Source of the DNA: Hyphochytrium catenoides
Taxonomy: Eukaryota; Protista; Hyphochytriomycota
Reading direction: 5' to 3'
Assembly: GCA_900088475.1 (NCBI GenBank)
Contig: FLMG01004315.1
Location: forward strand, 1-64,000
Length of the DNA: 64,000 bases
Part shown: piece after piece, positions 52,981 to 64,000 of the stretch
How the letters are laid out: each line of letters begins with the position of its first letter
Position numbering within the stretch: the first letter of the stretch is position 1
Made by a program: the position numbers and the translations under genes
The notes under the pieces: generated by a model
The model's input: only the letters and a program-made list of their open reading frames with translations
Database searches by the model: none
Told to the model about the DNA's origin: nothing

Positions 52981-55900
52981 TAAACCGCGAGCGAAAGACC
53001 GAGCGCGAGAGACAGATAGTGAGAGTGAGAAGCAAGGAAGGGAAGAGAGAGAGAGTGTAAGACAGACAGACAGAGGAAACTAGATAGCAAAACCTAAAGG
53101 AGCGCCCATGGTGCCACTAACCTTGAGGTTGAACCCTTTGATCCCTCCAACTACCACTGAGAAGATGGAGTACCAGATCTGAATGTCATACATGAAGACA
53201 ACGAAGGAAGGCAGCCACAGCGCCAGGAGATAGTCAATGTTATGCAGCCCTGGAGAGAGACAGACGCGGGAAAGGTACAACTATAGTCAGCAGGGCTGTG
53301 GTCAGAGAGCCAACGATCCAGAAAATACGTAGAGCATAGCTCCACAGAGGGAGAGGAAGACGGCGAATGTACGTAGTTAAGTCATGGAAACACATTCCAA
53401 CAGAGAGAAAAAAGTGAGGCAGCTGAAGCCGAGTTGGAGAGAAAGAAACCGAGAGCAAGGAAGAGAGAACGACGATCATGAGGGCCGGAGAGAGGCATGA
53501 AATTAACCTCCCAAGCTCTTGTAGAAGGAACAAAGGCTATGGACTTGAGGAGGAGACCTTACCGACAGGCAGCAGGAACCTATAGTAGGCAATGCCAAGA
53601 GAGTCTGGATAGTACCATATGAACATGGAGGCCTCTACCAAGGCCTTGATCATAAAGGTATAACTTGCGAATAGCTTCAGCGCAATCAGAGCCTGGAGTT
53701 AAGAAGAAGAGAGAGAGAGGCAGACGATTAGAAAGAGAGAGAATGAGCCCGCGGAAGGTGCGTGAGTGATTAGCGCTCGGGAATATCCGTATATATGCCC
53801 TCAATCTTACCAGCCAGAAAAACATCGTCTTCATGGACATTGAGAACGGGACTCGCATAGATTTGCCTACAAAGCCGACAGACATTCTGCTGAAGATTCT
53901 TCGCTGGAGCTCAGTGACGAAGAGGATGAGCACCAGTCCGATGCCTGGCCCCGGGATGAAGAGACAGAGATACCGTTAAAAGAGATCTTGTGGAAGAGAG
54001 GATGGGTCGAACTCAAGACCCGCTACTCGCTCTATCTACAGCTAGTGATCTACTTTGGCGATGTCTTTTTCACTCTGCTATCTCTTTTTCTCTCTTTTTC
54101 TCTCTTCTTGTTTCTCTCTCTCTGTCTCTACTTCCTTCTATATCTCCCTCTTCATACCTCCTGCGCCAACCAGCATGGCCATGTCACTGTTAGGGTTGCT
54201 GATCACTCCCTGGGCAAGGCTCACGAAAGTAGAAGAAGAATCGATGCCAATGCCGCACATGCCGCAGTTGAGATAGCCATCCCCGCTCTCTCCTATAATC
54301 TTTAACGCTCTCTCTTTCCAGGTGGGGAAGCATGTCGACTGATCATACACCTGAGCCGCTGACGTGGACTTGGAAGTCCGGTCAAACGTAGTGAAGTTGC
54401 CTTGAACCTAAGCGCCATTACATTGTTAAACGGGGTCAAAGACGAGGGAAAATAGACACGAGAGAAGGAAGAAGCTTATAAAGACGATGACGAGATCAAC
54501 ATAGACAACCAGAAGAAGAAAGGGCGGCGTGAGACAGTACCTGAAAGCACTTCTCAATCCTGTCCAAGTAGCAGGAGCAGCGTCCGGAAGTCTTCGTGAC
54601 GCACGAATCAGCGTATCCCGAGATCTAGGGACGGGTTGAGAACGTTAGCAACATTAGCAGAGTGAGTGAAGGGGCGACATGGGCCCAAGAGTAAAGTAGG
54701 AGGAGGATGGAGCTCTCTACGTGTAGCTTCCGGCCCCTTCTTTTCGTCCCGCGTCTCCCTCTTGATTAAGTTTGCCGTTGTCTTCTGCGCTCTCTGCACT
54801 TCCTCTCTTCTTCTCACTCTTTGTTATCTAACGGCCTTACAGCGCTCACCTGTCCGAAGTCCACGACTCCGATGAGGTCATTGAAGTCTCGAGGAAGAGA
54901 TGCAAATCGTCTCTTTGCCGTGGCAGATGCGTCGCCGACGGGAGACATACCTTATACAAGGCAGAGGCAATAAGAGAGGATGAAAGAGGGAGAAAGAGTC
55001 TTTGTGAGAGAGGATACCCTCCTAGTGTTGTGTGCCTATATGTTCGCCTTCTCACTTGTCCTTTCGTCTTTTTCTCTCTTGTCCCCTTCTGGATGTCCTC
55101 ATAGTTCTGGGCTTCGCACTATCGCGTGTTGAACCTTCTTTCTCCTTCATTCTCTCTCTCTCTCGTGCGTCTATGTGTTCATTCGTCGGTGTATCTGACC
55201 TAAGCAAACAGCCAGCATGACAGGGTTGCAGGTCTTTGGGAACGTAGTGCTTGCAGTCTCCGCAGAGCCTTCGCGATAGAACTTGTGGCCAAGGATCTCA
55301 AGCTTCATGTTTGCTGGCGACTGCTGGAGCTTGTACAGGATCCTACAGTGGAGCAAAAGTTAGACAACGGTAGCACGAAAGAAGCAGCAGATTTGACTGT
55401 GTCTGACAGAGAGAACAATAAGGGTCCAAGCTAGGACAATGGGCAAGCGGCTGACAATAGAAGAAAGCTAGAAAGGAGGAGAGAGAGAGACACCGTAGAG
55501 GAGTTAAGAGCCAGAGAGAACAAGAAGTAACAGAACAGAAGAGTGACATACATGGCTTCAGGACAAAGTATTGTCATGTTAACGGCGAACGCAATGCACG
55601 CCAGGAAGAGCGAGCAGGAAAAGTAGAAGACACGGCGGTAAGACAGAATAGCCCGCATCCAGCTTCTGGTCTCAGTGAACGTCTTCCTTGCGACCATGGG
55701 CTTTCCCTTCTTGTCCACCTTGCTGAACGCTTCCGAGACAGTGTTCGGATCATACTTTAGGCACTTCTTCGTCCAGAAGAACTAGCAATGGGAGAAAAGA
55801 AATAGCGAAAAACAGGGCGAAGTGGGAAAAGAGAGGGAAGTTAGCTAAACAGTCGAGATCTCAATCGTCAAAGTCGTGTCCTTCGTCAACTTCTAACTCT

Positions 55901-58010
55901 GTCTCACTCTTTAACATTTTTCTCGCCCTCTCTGTCTCTCTCTCTCTGTCCTTTCTCGAACTTTATCTCTGCCTCTCCCTCTCCTCTGTCTCTGTCTTCG
56001 CACCCTTTCGCTTCTTCTCTCCTTCTCCTCTTATGGTTGCAGCACCGCTTTCCTCCCTGTCTAAACTCCCCGGCCTACCTCATTGAAGTCATCATAGTTC
56101 CTGATCTCGCAGTGATCCGCCCGCGCGCCCTTCTGGGTCTTCTTGTTATTGTCCTTGTTGAGCTCGTCGTATAGAGGCTTGACGATGGTAGTAAGGAATG
56201 TCCCTGCAGAGCGGACGACATTGAGAGTAAGAAACATGCAGAGATACTCGAAGCAAGTGGGAGTAGAACGAAGAGGCCCAAAATATGAGAGAGACTGCTA
56301 GCTGGACGCTAGATGTCTAGGCTCGTACCAGGCTCTGCGGGCTCGAAAGAGCGGCCACTTGATGAGATAGCTGTGGCGTTCATCTTGTGAAATAGGAAGC
56401 ATAGATACCTGTTGCAAAGAGGAAGAGAGCGACAAAAGAGAGAGTCAGACAGAGAGAGAGAAAAAAGAAAGGCAGGTGGAGAGATACAAAGAGAGAGAAG
56501 AGGCGAGGGAGAACAAAGAGTTAGGGGTCACTCCAGTGCCGAGCCCCAGCTTCCCGTATTAGATAAGACATTCCCTTTCTTTTCTTGTGGGTTCGCTCTT
56601 TTCGCCTCCACCTAGAATCCGCTCTCCTCTTCTAGCTCCTTTCCCTGTCTTCTCCTTCTGACTTACTCTGGCATTTGTCTCATGTTGGCTGCCTCTCCCC
56701 ATATAAGCATGAACAGAGCAATGTCCACAATGGGCTCTGGACCAAAGACGGGCTTACAGCCCAGGTGTTTGCACCACTGCTTGTAATTATCAAAGAGCTT
56801 TGTATGCAGCTGTGAGATTGCTCCCTTGAGAGGATCCTCCTCTCTCTGTCCGCCTCTTCCTCCATCTCTCTGCCTAGCTCTACCGTCCGCCGTGGAGGTT
56901 ATGCCTGCGGCCGAACGAAGAGAGTCGAGATAGGCGGGTGTTTCTAGCTGATACTTCAAGTTCTGAAGGAGAAAGACGATGTGCTCTTTCTGATTCATCA
57001 CGTTCTGCTCCTGGAAGCCAAAGAGACGGCTGAGAAAGTGACAGACTTCTCCGCAGACCGTTGACCTAAAGAGAAGTCATGCCCGAACAGAGGGAGAAAT
57101 ATTCAAAGACGAAGGCGATGTTGATGTTATGTTAGAAAAATGGCAAGACAAAGGGAGAGTGTGATCCAGACTAGCAATCGAGAGAGCAGCACACCGTCAC
57201 AGCAAGCTTAAGGTTAGGGATAAGAAAGTAAACTCCATCCTTCGGAGCGCGGAGTGGGAACGCTTCCACCAAGAAGGCAGAGGTAAGAAACCGAATGTAG
57301 AGACACGAAGAGATTGGGGGAAGATGAGTGGCACAAGCTCAGACTCTTACTTATTTAGAGCTTCAATGACAGGAGCGAAGTCAGCCGGTGGGCTCCTCCA
57401 ATCTAGATAGTTCAATCTCACGGCCGCGTCGCCTCTGTTCAGCATAACATTGGAAGGAGACGCAGGGTTCATAAAGTGGGTCATCTCCCTTTCGTCTCCC
57501 CCTGACCCTCCTTCTTGTTCTCCCCCTGCCGCGGGCTGCGGCATCTGCTGTTTGATCATCTTGACATAGCGCTTGATCTTCTTGTTCAACTTAGTTGCCT
57601 CCTCCTGCTCCTCCTCTGAGAACTGGATCTCCATGGCGAACTCCATTAGCTTTACAGCTGTCTTTAGGCTTTGGTCCGAAGCTAGAAGAAGCAGACAAGT
57701 AGAGTAAGTTTGTGACCATAGAGGAAGTGAGGAGAGATGACACAGGAAGTGCAGGCCAGTCAAGATGATCAATGATCAAGTGTAGGCCTGCTAAGCAATG
57801 GAATATCCTCAGAAGGCAGAGATGAGCGATATTATTGAACAAAGGCTCCGATACGAAGGCTGGACATCGGGAGACACCTGTGGAATCGCCTTGGGACTGT
57901 GCCGTGATGCCCGCATTGACAAGGCTCGTCGCCTTCGTCCATAGTGCTTTCTGGCGCTCAAGCGGGGGAAGACTGCGAGTATCTTTGATAATAGATGCTG
58001 CGGTCTCCAT
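44539..58010 (-). CDS. 1,3-beta-glucan (callose) synthase, GT48/FKS family, ~37 coding exons, N-terminal MIT-like domain
   Basis: Spliced motifs: [176 protein letters not shown]. All introns GT-AG and the frame is intact. Confidence 0.96.
52607..52633 (-). repeat. Coding (AAG)n tract giving poly-Lys in the glucan synthase
   Basis: (TTC)n on the + strand; [13 protein letters not shown]. Confidence 0.85.
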
Positions 58011-58834
58011 CTTTTATGGATTAACAGATCTCGCTGTTGTCTCTTCCGTCGACTTATCTCCGTTGAAAACGTCGGAGGCAGGTTGATACGGAGAGACAAC
58101 CGTGAGGCCAGAAAGAAGGACTCAGTATTCTTCGTAGTAGTCCCTCTCTAATTTTCTTCTATAAACCTCATGAAGCTGCAATGTGTGCTCCAGAGGAAGA
58201 AAGAGGCGATGAGTGAAGCGTACTGCGCCACTCTGTCTCTCTCTCTCTCTCTCTCTTGTCGACCGAATCTGGCCTTGGACCAGTCTGCTTCCCAAGGTAG
58301 ATGAGAGAATGCCTCCTAAGCCCTTTGCCTCGCCGTCTTTCTTTTCTGTTCTCTCTCTTTCTCTGGTGCCTGAGGCTCCCCGCAATCTCTCTGGCACGGA
58401 GCAGCGGAGCTGCACTTTCCGCCTCGGTACTATAAGAGTCAGCGCTGCGAAACGACAGCCCAAGAAGAGAGGAGACGGAAGAAGGCAGAAGTCTAGGTGC
58501 AGCAACAAGCCGGAACAGCCTTATAACTGTCTCACTTTCCAGTCACAGAATAAGTCGAACAGCATCTGTCTTTTTTGCTTGCTATAACCTTTCAATACAG
58601 ATCTTCCCTCCCGCTACGGGGAACAGGAGTGTGAATAGAGATCAACAGCCAGAACCAGCAGACAGAGTGATTGACAGAGTGACAAAAGATGGTAAAAGAC
58701 GTGTTGACAACAAGCATAGAGATGGCTGAGAAAGATAGAGGGAAGACATAAAGAAAGAGACGAAAGACTAATAATAAAATGCAAAAAGACGGGAGGATAC
58801 TGCAGGAAGAGCTTTGCCTGAGAGCCAGAACAGA

Positions 58835-58996
58835 CAGAGAGATAGAGAAAGAGAGAGAGAGAGAGAGGAGGATAGAGAGAGCTAGAGTAGAGGAGAAGAT
58901 GTGAGACGAGAAACGGTGATAGAGAGACAGAGAGATGGCGAGAGAACGAGAGCGATGGAGAGAGCGGGAGAGCGACAGCGAGAGAGAGAGAGAGAA

Positions 58997-59040
<44 letters not shown>
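58835..59040. repeat. (GA)n-rich microsatellite tract, probably a 5'-UTR intron of the glucan synthase
   Basis: Long AG dinucleotide runs (CT on the sense strand), like the other introns of this gene. Acceptor-like CCCCGTAG near 58614. Confidence 0.7.
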
Positions 59041-59041
<1 letters not shown>

Positions 59042-59299
59042 GCAAGAGAGCGGGACCGGTGCCGTGTCATGTCTATCGAGCATCTTAGCACAAGCGCCTT
59101 GACGTTACGATTCGTAGAGAATAGGATAAGGTTTGTTCTGCCAATAGTTTCACTATAAAAGGTCAACTTCGGCGGCTTACTATTAGGTAAAGGGAAACCC
59201 TTTTCCCGTGAGGACCTTCAATATCGGACAAGGATAAGGTAATATTATGTGGACTTGTGTTGCACCGACAACGGCAAAAGAGGACAAGGCTTGGGATGG

Positions 59300-61120
59300 A
59301 GCAGTCTTCCTGGTCAATGACTGTGGAGGAAGTGGTGTAACCGCTGCCGCCTCCGTCCGTTATCGTCTATTTTACGTCCTGCACCCACCCATCTCGGGAC
59401 CCCTAATAAATAGCTGTCGAAGGTGTTGAAGACCCACCCATCCTTGATACTGCCATCGACTCTAACGACGGCAGACAATGGCGACAATAATTGGACAGGT
59501 AAGGTTCCCCTTCTCCCAGGAAGACACGGGCATGGGACTCATGATATTGTAGTGCTCTTCAAACGACAATCCTTGGTCTTCTTGTTCACAGAACTGATGA
59601 GTGATACCCAGTCCTCCATAAATAATCATCAAGTCTCCTTGGTTTACTTCATTTTTTTGTTGATGATGAATCCTCCTCCGACTTTGCTTGGCCCCTTCGC
59701 TCACTGCTGCAGCTCATGAACATCCTGGTCATCTTTTCTCTCCATATTTCTCTTCTCCTCCAGTAAACTGGCAGAAGTAGTATGGCATGCTGCATTGGCA
59801 AGTGACAGACTTAGCAGAATGGGACCTCGTATTGGCTAAACCAGCAGTAAAACTCTACTACATCGTTCAAAGCATCTGGTGACTTTTATCTTATAGATAG
59901 CTGTACAAGACTGTCAGCCTTGTCTTGTTGTCCTTGCCACCATCTTTCTTCTCGTCACTGATGTAAATATGGCCTGATTTGCTCACGTTTTTGAAGTTCT
60001 AGGTATGGGATATGAGACGACAGGGACTTCGTTATCTCCTCCAGAACTATAGCAGAGCTTGCTGCTATTCTTCCTTTTAGAGAGAGTTCAACCACTATGC
60101 ATTTATTAGCCCGATGCATGGTCGGCTTATGTATCGGGAGAGAAGATAGAGTTGATGAGAGACCAAGGCTTTAATAGCTCTTGTTGCCTCTTCTTCTTCT
60201 CTTCATCTTCTTTTCTTCTTCTTTATTAAGTAGTAGTAGTAGTTTCTTCTCTTCCCTTCTTCTTTTATTATCTAATATTGCTACATACTCTATAACTAAA
60301 AAGAAGTACATGAAGGAGAAGGAGGACGAGGAGGAGGAGGAGAAGAGAAGAAGGAGAGAAGTATGAGAAGGAGAAGAAAATTGCTAACCCTTCAACGCGT
60401 TATCCTCCACCCTCACCATCAATGTCGGAAAATAGAGAAAAATCATAGTTGAATTCTTCCGCAAGAATGATAGGAGACGGAGAGGGGAAAAAGAAGAAGA
60501 AGGGGCGTGACGCCAAGACCATCATCGACATCACGCTCAATCATGCAAGCTAGAGCGGGGGCCAACTGCTGAACAGGAATACGCCCAGAATTTGAGTTCT
60601 CTCTATAAAACGTATGCAATAGGTGTGTCTAGGAACTAAAGTCATAACACAGCAGACCATCATTATTCGGGAGGCTATTGAACATCATTTTTCTAATATC
60701 ATGAGCTATCGAATGGGAAGGATGACGAGCTGAGAATGGATGTTGTTGGAGGAATCGAGACCACAGCAAGAAGAGGGTCTACATTGGCCATAACTTGAGC
60801 GATCCAGACGACAACTGTGGGTCACAAGTTGTTATTGATGAGCATTTGCAGGCTACCCAGGCTTAGAATGGAATATGTCTCTACATTAGTACAGCTTTTA
60901 GTGAGAGGAGTCCAGAAACACCACAGTTCCGCCAAGTACATGTTTTGGATACGCGTCATGCTATTCGATAAGCATTTGAATGGCAAGTAGGCATAGATAC
61001 ACCACACCATCCGCACAGTTAGCCTCCAAAAGCTCAAGAATGTCTTCTTCTGGCATGCGTCTCGCAAACGAAACCTCCATTATTACTGTTATCCAGTATC
61101 CATGCATGAGCATTCTAGGC
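59300..61120 (-). pseudogene. Decayed coding remnants of unknown family
   Basis: Long protein-like minus-strand frames (59760-59320; 61113-60721) interrupted by TGA/TAA/TAG. CpG-poor. Confidence 0.35.
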
Positions 61121-61310
61121 CAGATGCAGCGCACGTTGAGCTATGTCTTTCCCAGCCACCAGCAGAAAGCGACTTTTGGTTACAGATAGGACAATCAGTT
61201 AGAAATAAGTCAGTGTGATTAACAAGGCTTGGCAATTTCACTTTGGTCATCGACGATCCCTCCAAAGTCAGCCGCGTCCTTAACTATTATCTGAGGACAA
61301 GTAGCAAGAC

Positions 61311-61371
61311 AAAAGATGTGCCTTCTAGGGTGGACAGGTAAAAAGATGTGCCTTCATGTTGGACAGGTAAA
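61311..61371. repeat. ~29-bp imperfect tandem duplication
   Basis: aaaagatgtgccttc...tggacaggta x2. Confidence 0.8.
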
Positions 61372-62174
61372 AAGAAAATTGGACAGAAACCTTTCAGCAC
61401 TTCTAGAACGAGATAGGAAACCCTACTATTGTTAGATCTACATAGCCAAAATGGAGCAATGGGCAGCCTTTCAGACTGTCCCTCCAAGAGGCACTGGCTT
61501 TGTTATCGCACTCCTACAGCGTACAACAACTAGACTGACCTTTCAGATGGATGATGAGAGCAAAAAGGTGATGGGAAGTATTGGTCATCTCCATCAGAGA
61601 GCATCATCACTTCAGATGGTTGTCAGTTGTCATCCGAAGAAGGTCATCCTCATCTTCTTCTGCAGAAATCAAGCTTACTTTCTTTCTTTTAACAATAACA
61701 TGGTTGTTGTTGTATAAAAACGCTGGATTCCCTACCCACTGTGGACTTCGGAGCAGCCCCAAGTTTCTGCTATGCAGAGCCAGACAATGAGATTGTGAGG
61801 GAATTTTCCGTCGTCTACAAGTACTTGGAGCCTTGGGTCACATTGCGCTGAACTGTGGTGTCTGTCAGCGGGAGAGGTCGACAGCGCGTCAGCAGAGCAG
61901 TCTTCTGCAACTCTAATCGTCTCTTCCGCGTCTGCCGTACAAGCTCTCTCTCTTGTCCGACCAACTAACCAGCACCTCACTCAGCAACAACGGCTGGCTA
62001 GTGCATCTCAGCAGGTCTGGCTAGAGTAGGACTCTCCCTAAGATTGTCCGTCGTCTGGTTGGCACCAGTCCTTTAGGTACATTGTTCAAAGATGAGAGTT
62101 TACATGGATTAACAGTGCCATCAGTTTGTAGGGCTTATAGGCATTAAATCTGCCTTAAATAGTCGCTAATGGCT

Positions 62175-62700
62175 GGGGGGGATTATAACTTCAACTTTGG
62201 GTTTTGATGACCTGTCACCAAGGGTCGATCTTGCTTTCTTCTAAGTGTCCCCAACCAAAAGACGAAGAGGAGGATGGCGCCATGAGGAGCCCATGTGAGA
62301 GCAACTGTGAGAGCTATGAAGAGGAAAGCTGAAAGGAAGGAACAAAAGCAGCGGAGAGAACCAGAGCTGTGGGCCACTGGTCACCACCTCACACAGCTGA
62401 TCCTGATTTGACACGAGAGGCGTCATTGTCTTGCTGTCTCTTGCTCTGGTCCCTTGTTCTCCCTCTCTGGTCCAGCCCTTCCTCCTCCACTTACGATAGC
62501 AGCGTCATCACAGCTTACCTGCTCCATCGTGACACGTTGTTCTTCATCATTGTGCCTCCATCTAATCCAAGCAAATGCAGGAGCCAACGAAGAACAACCT
62601 CTGCACCTGTGTAGTTGCCCAGTTGAAGTCAACCTCCACTTCCTGCTCTAAACAGGTTGAATTCAGCATCAGAAAAGACAGATATGTGATAGGGGTTACA
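62175..62700 (+). mobile_element. Probable degenerate 3' LTR with polypurine tract (LTR retrotransposon relic)
   Basis: A G7A tract (62175-62182) is followed by TATAACTTC (62184), and 517 bp later by GGGGTTACA (62700). The two ends are a transition-mutated TGTAACCCC inverted pair. An upstream GALGHIALNC knuckle-like remnant lies at about 61827-61856. Confidence 0.45.
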
Positions 62701-63625
62701 TCCTAAGCTCTTCTCAGGAATAGTCTGGAAGGGTTGAAGAAAAGTGCTGAACGCCAGCCGAAATTTTGTCCTTAAACTGGTTTTAGAGGGTTTGCTGTGA
62801 GATGGGTGGGGGGAGTTCGAGCAATCGTAACTATTATATTAGAGGGGACACGGAAGGGGTGGGTGTTTGGTAGCGTTGATAGGGTTTTGGAAGAAAAGTT
62901 CTAAGATTTATGAAAAGTCTAAGAAGCTGAGACATCCTCTCGAACACCTGTCCTAAAATAGAAGCCAGGAAAAGAAGAGCCTTCTCGAGGTATTTTGTCA
63001 CGTCTGTTCGTTGAGAAAGAGTAATGGTATATGCTGGGTAAAGTGCAGCACAATGCATTCCGGGAAGCAAGATCTCTAGCAGACAGAGTAAACAGAAACT
63101 GGTATTGGGGGAAAGAGACAGAGGTAAAAAAAATAGAAAAGGAAGGAACGACAGAGGGAATAATGACAGGACTTGCTGGGTGTGGACTAGAACTTTAATG
63201 GAAGCTCCAGAAGCCATTGTTTCCTTTCCACACCAACGGCCTCTCTCTGTCTATCTCTTCCCACTCTTTCTCTCCACTTTCTCTCATAAGAATTCCCTCT
63301 CAAGAGAAGTGCTCTGAAGGAAAGGAAAGAGATAAGAGGAAGAGAAAGGGAAAGTCGTTTGTGCCTGAGAGGATGTGCATGACGCAGGGATGGAGAAGGC
63401 ACAGAAGAGAGAAGCACGAAGCGACAGCAGAACTAGCAGTGGTAGGTAAATATATAAGAAAGAGAGGAGGAGGAGGAGGAGGATCAGGACAAGTGAAGCA
63501 AGGAGAGTGAGTGGAGGACAAACTGGCGAGAGAGACAGCCTCTCAGTACAAGCGACACACATCTGATCCCCAGGTGACGATGATGCATGGGCTTCCCCGC
63601 TTCCCCCCATCTCTACTGAAGAGGA

Positions 63626-63680
63626 CGGACAGAGGGGCGGACAGAGGGACGGACAGAGGGACGGACAGGAGGGCGGATAG
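63626..63680. repeat. 12-bp minisatellite, ~4.5 copies
   Basis: CGGACAGAGGG(G/A) units. Confidence 0.85.
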
Positions 63681-64000
63681 GGCAGGAGCTACTTCCTGCC
63701 CCGTACCTCTTGCTCTCTCCACACTTGCTCTTAGACGCGTCATCACGTTCCTCATCTCACCTTCCCTTCTCCTTCTCGCCAGGTTTCCGTTTCTTTGCTC
63801 TGATAGAGCCAGGAAGAGGTCTCACTCAAGGTATCATCTAGCTATCATATCGCTGCTCGTATGATAACACGCCTCTCTCATCCGAAAGCCCCTACTGGAA
63901 ACAGGCTTATTTTCTCTCTGGCTTGTTCCCTTCTGCTCTACTGGGTCAGCACAATTAGACCCATTGATAAATAGAAGGGAAAGAAAAACCACAAGCTACC

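Noticed and set aside
3168-58010. Alternative genetic code or stop reassignment suggested by the many short ORFs
   Set aside because: The exons I traced in all nine genes splice in frame with standard codons. TAA, TAG and TGA are each used as terminators, and internal stops fall in introns.
8287-58010. COPG + HEATR5 + glucan synthase as a functional secretion/cell-wall cluster
   Set aside because: They are housekeeping trafficking genes interspersed with unrelated genes. There is no evidence beyond proximity.
58592-59166. ORFs rich in SLSLSL / RERERE (also 14796-15236, 52647-53090, 47593-47868)
   Set aside because: These are translations of (CT)/(GA) microsatellites, not proteins.
59590-59625. 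GGLGI motif suggesting a LINE reverse transcriptase
   Set aside because: It is an isolated 5-aa match with no other RT motifs nearby.
60670-61184. Possible 5' LTR ending in GGTTACA near 61183
   Set aside because: No visible similarity to 62184-62700 beyond the terminal bases, and no TGG primer-binding site follows.
13535-63680. Short direct repeats as CRISPR-like arrays
   Set aside because: They are adjacent tandem copies without spacers, in a eukaryotic context with no cas genes.
62834-64000. Possible additional gene at the right edge
   Set aside because: Only low-complexity ORFs; no recognisable domain or consistent exon chain.

Overview
Gene-dense, intron-rich eukaryotic nuclear DNA in the standard genetic code, with almost exclusively GT-AG introns. 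The proteins look oomycete-like but intron density is very high, so I infer a pseudofungal or related stramenopile. The ORF track is mostly exon fragments and intron shadows, so I spliced genes by eye. Nine protein genes fill 3.2-58 kb, in order: (+) an unannotated MYND-finger / CCDC53-motif / putative CHUP1-C-like protein; (-) coatomer gamma; (+) NO66/RIOX1 JmjC oxygenase; a divergent RPL13(-)/RPS16(+) pair with intronic snoRNA candidates; (-) an FHA-RING-CCHC E3 ligase head-to-head with, and possibly overlapping, (+) FANCE; (-) HEATR5; and (-) a ~37-exon 1,3-beta-glucan/callose synthase with an N-terminal MIT-like domain. Both ends (1-2 kb, 59.2-64 kb) look like decayed, CpG-poor repeat or pseudogene DNA, including a probable PPT+LTR remnant. 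The best candidate for something new is the 3168-7923 gene, a possible non-plant CHUP1-type actin regulator carrying a WASH-subunit motif and a MYND finger. The overlapping DNA-repair gene pair comes second. All homology calls are from recalled motifs, not database searches.
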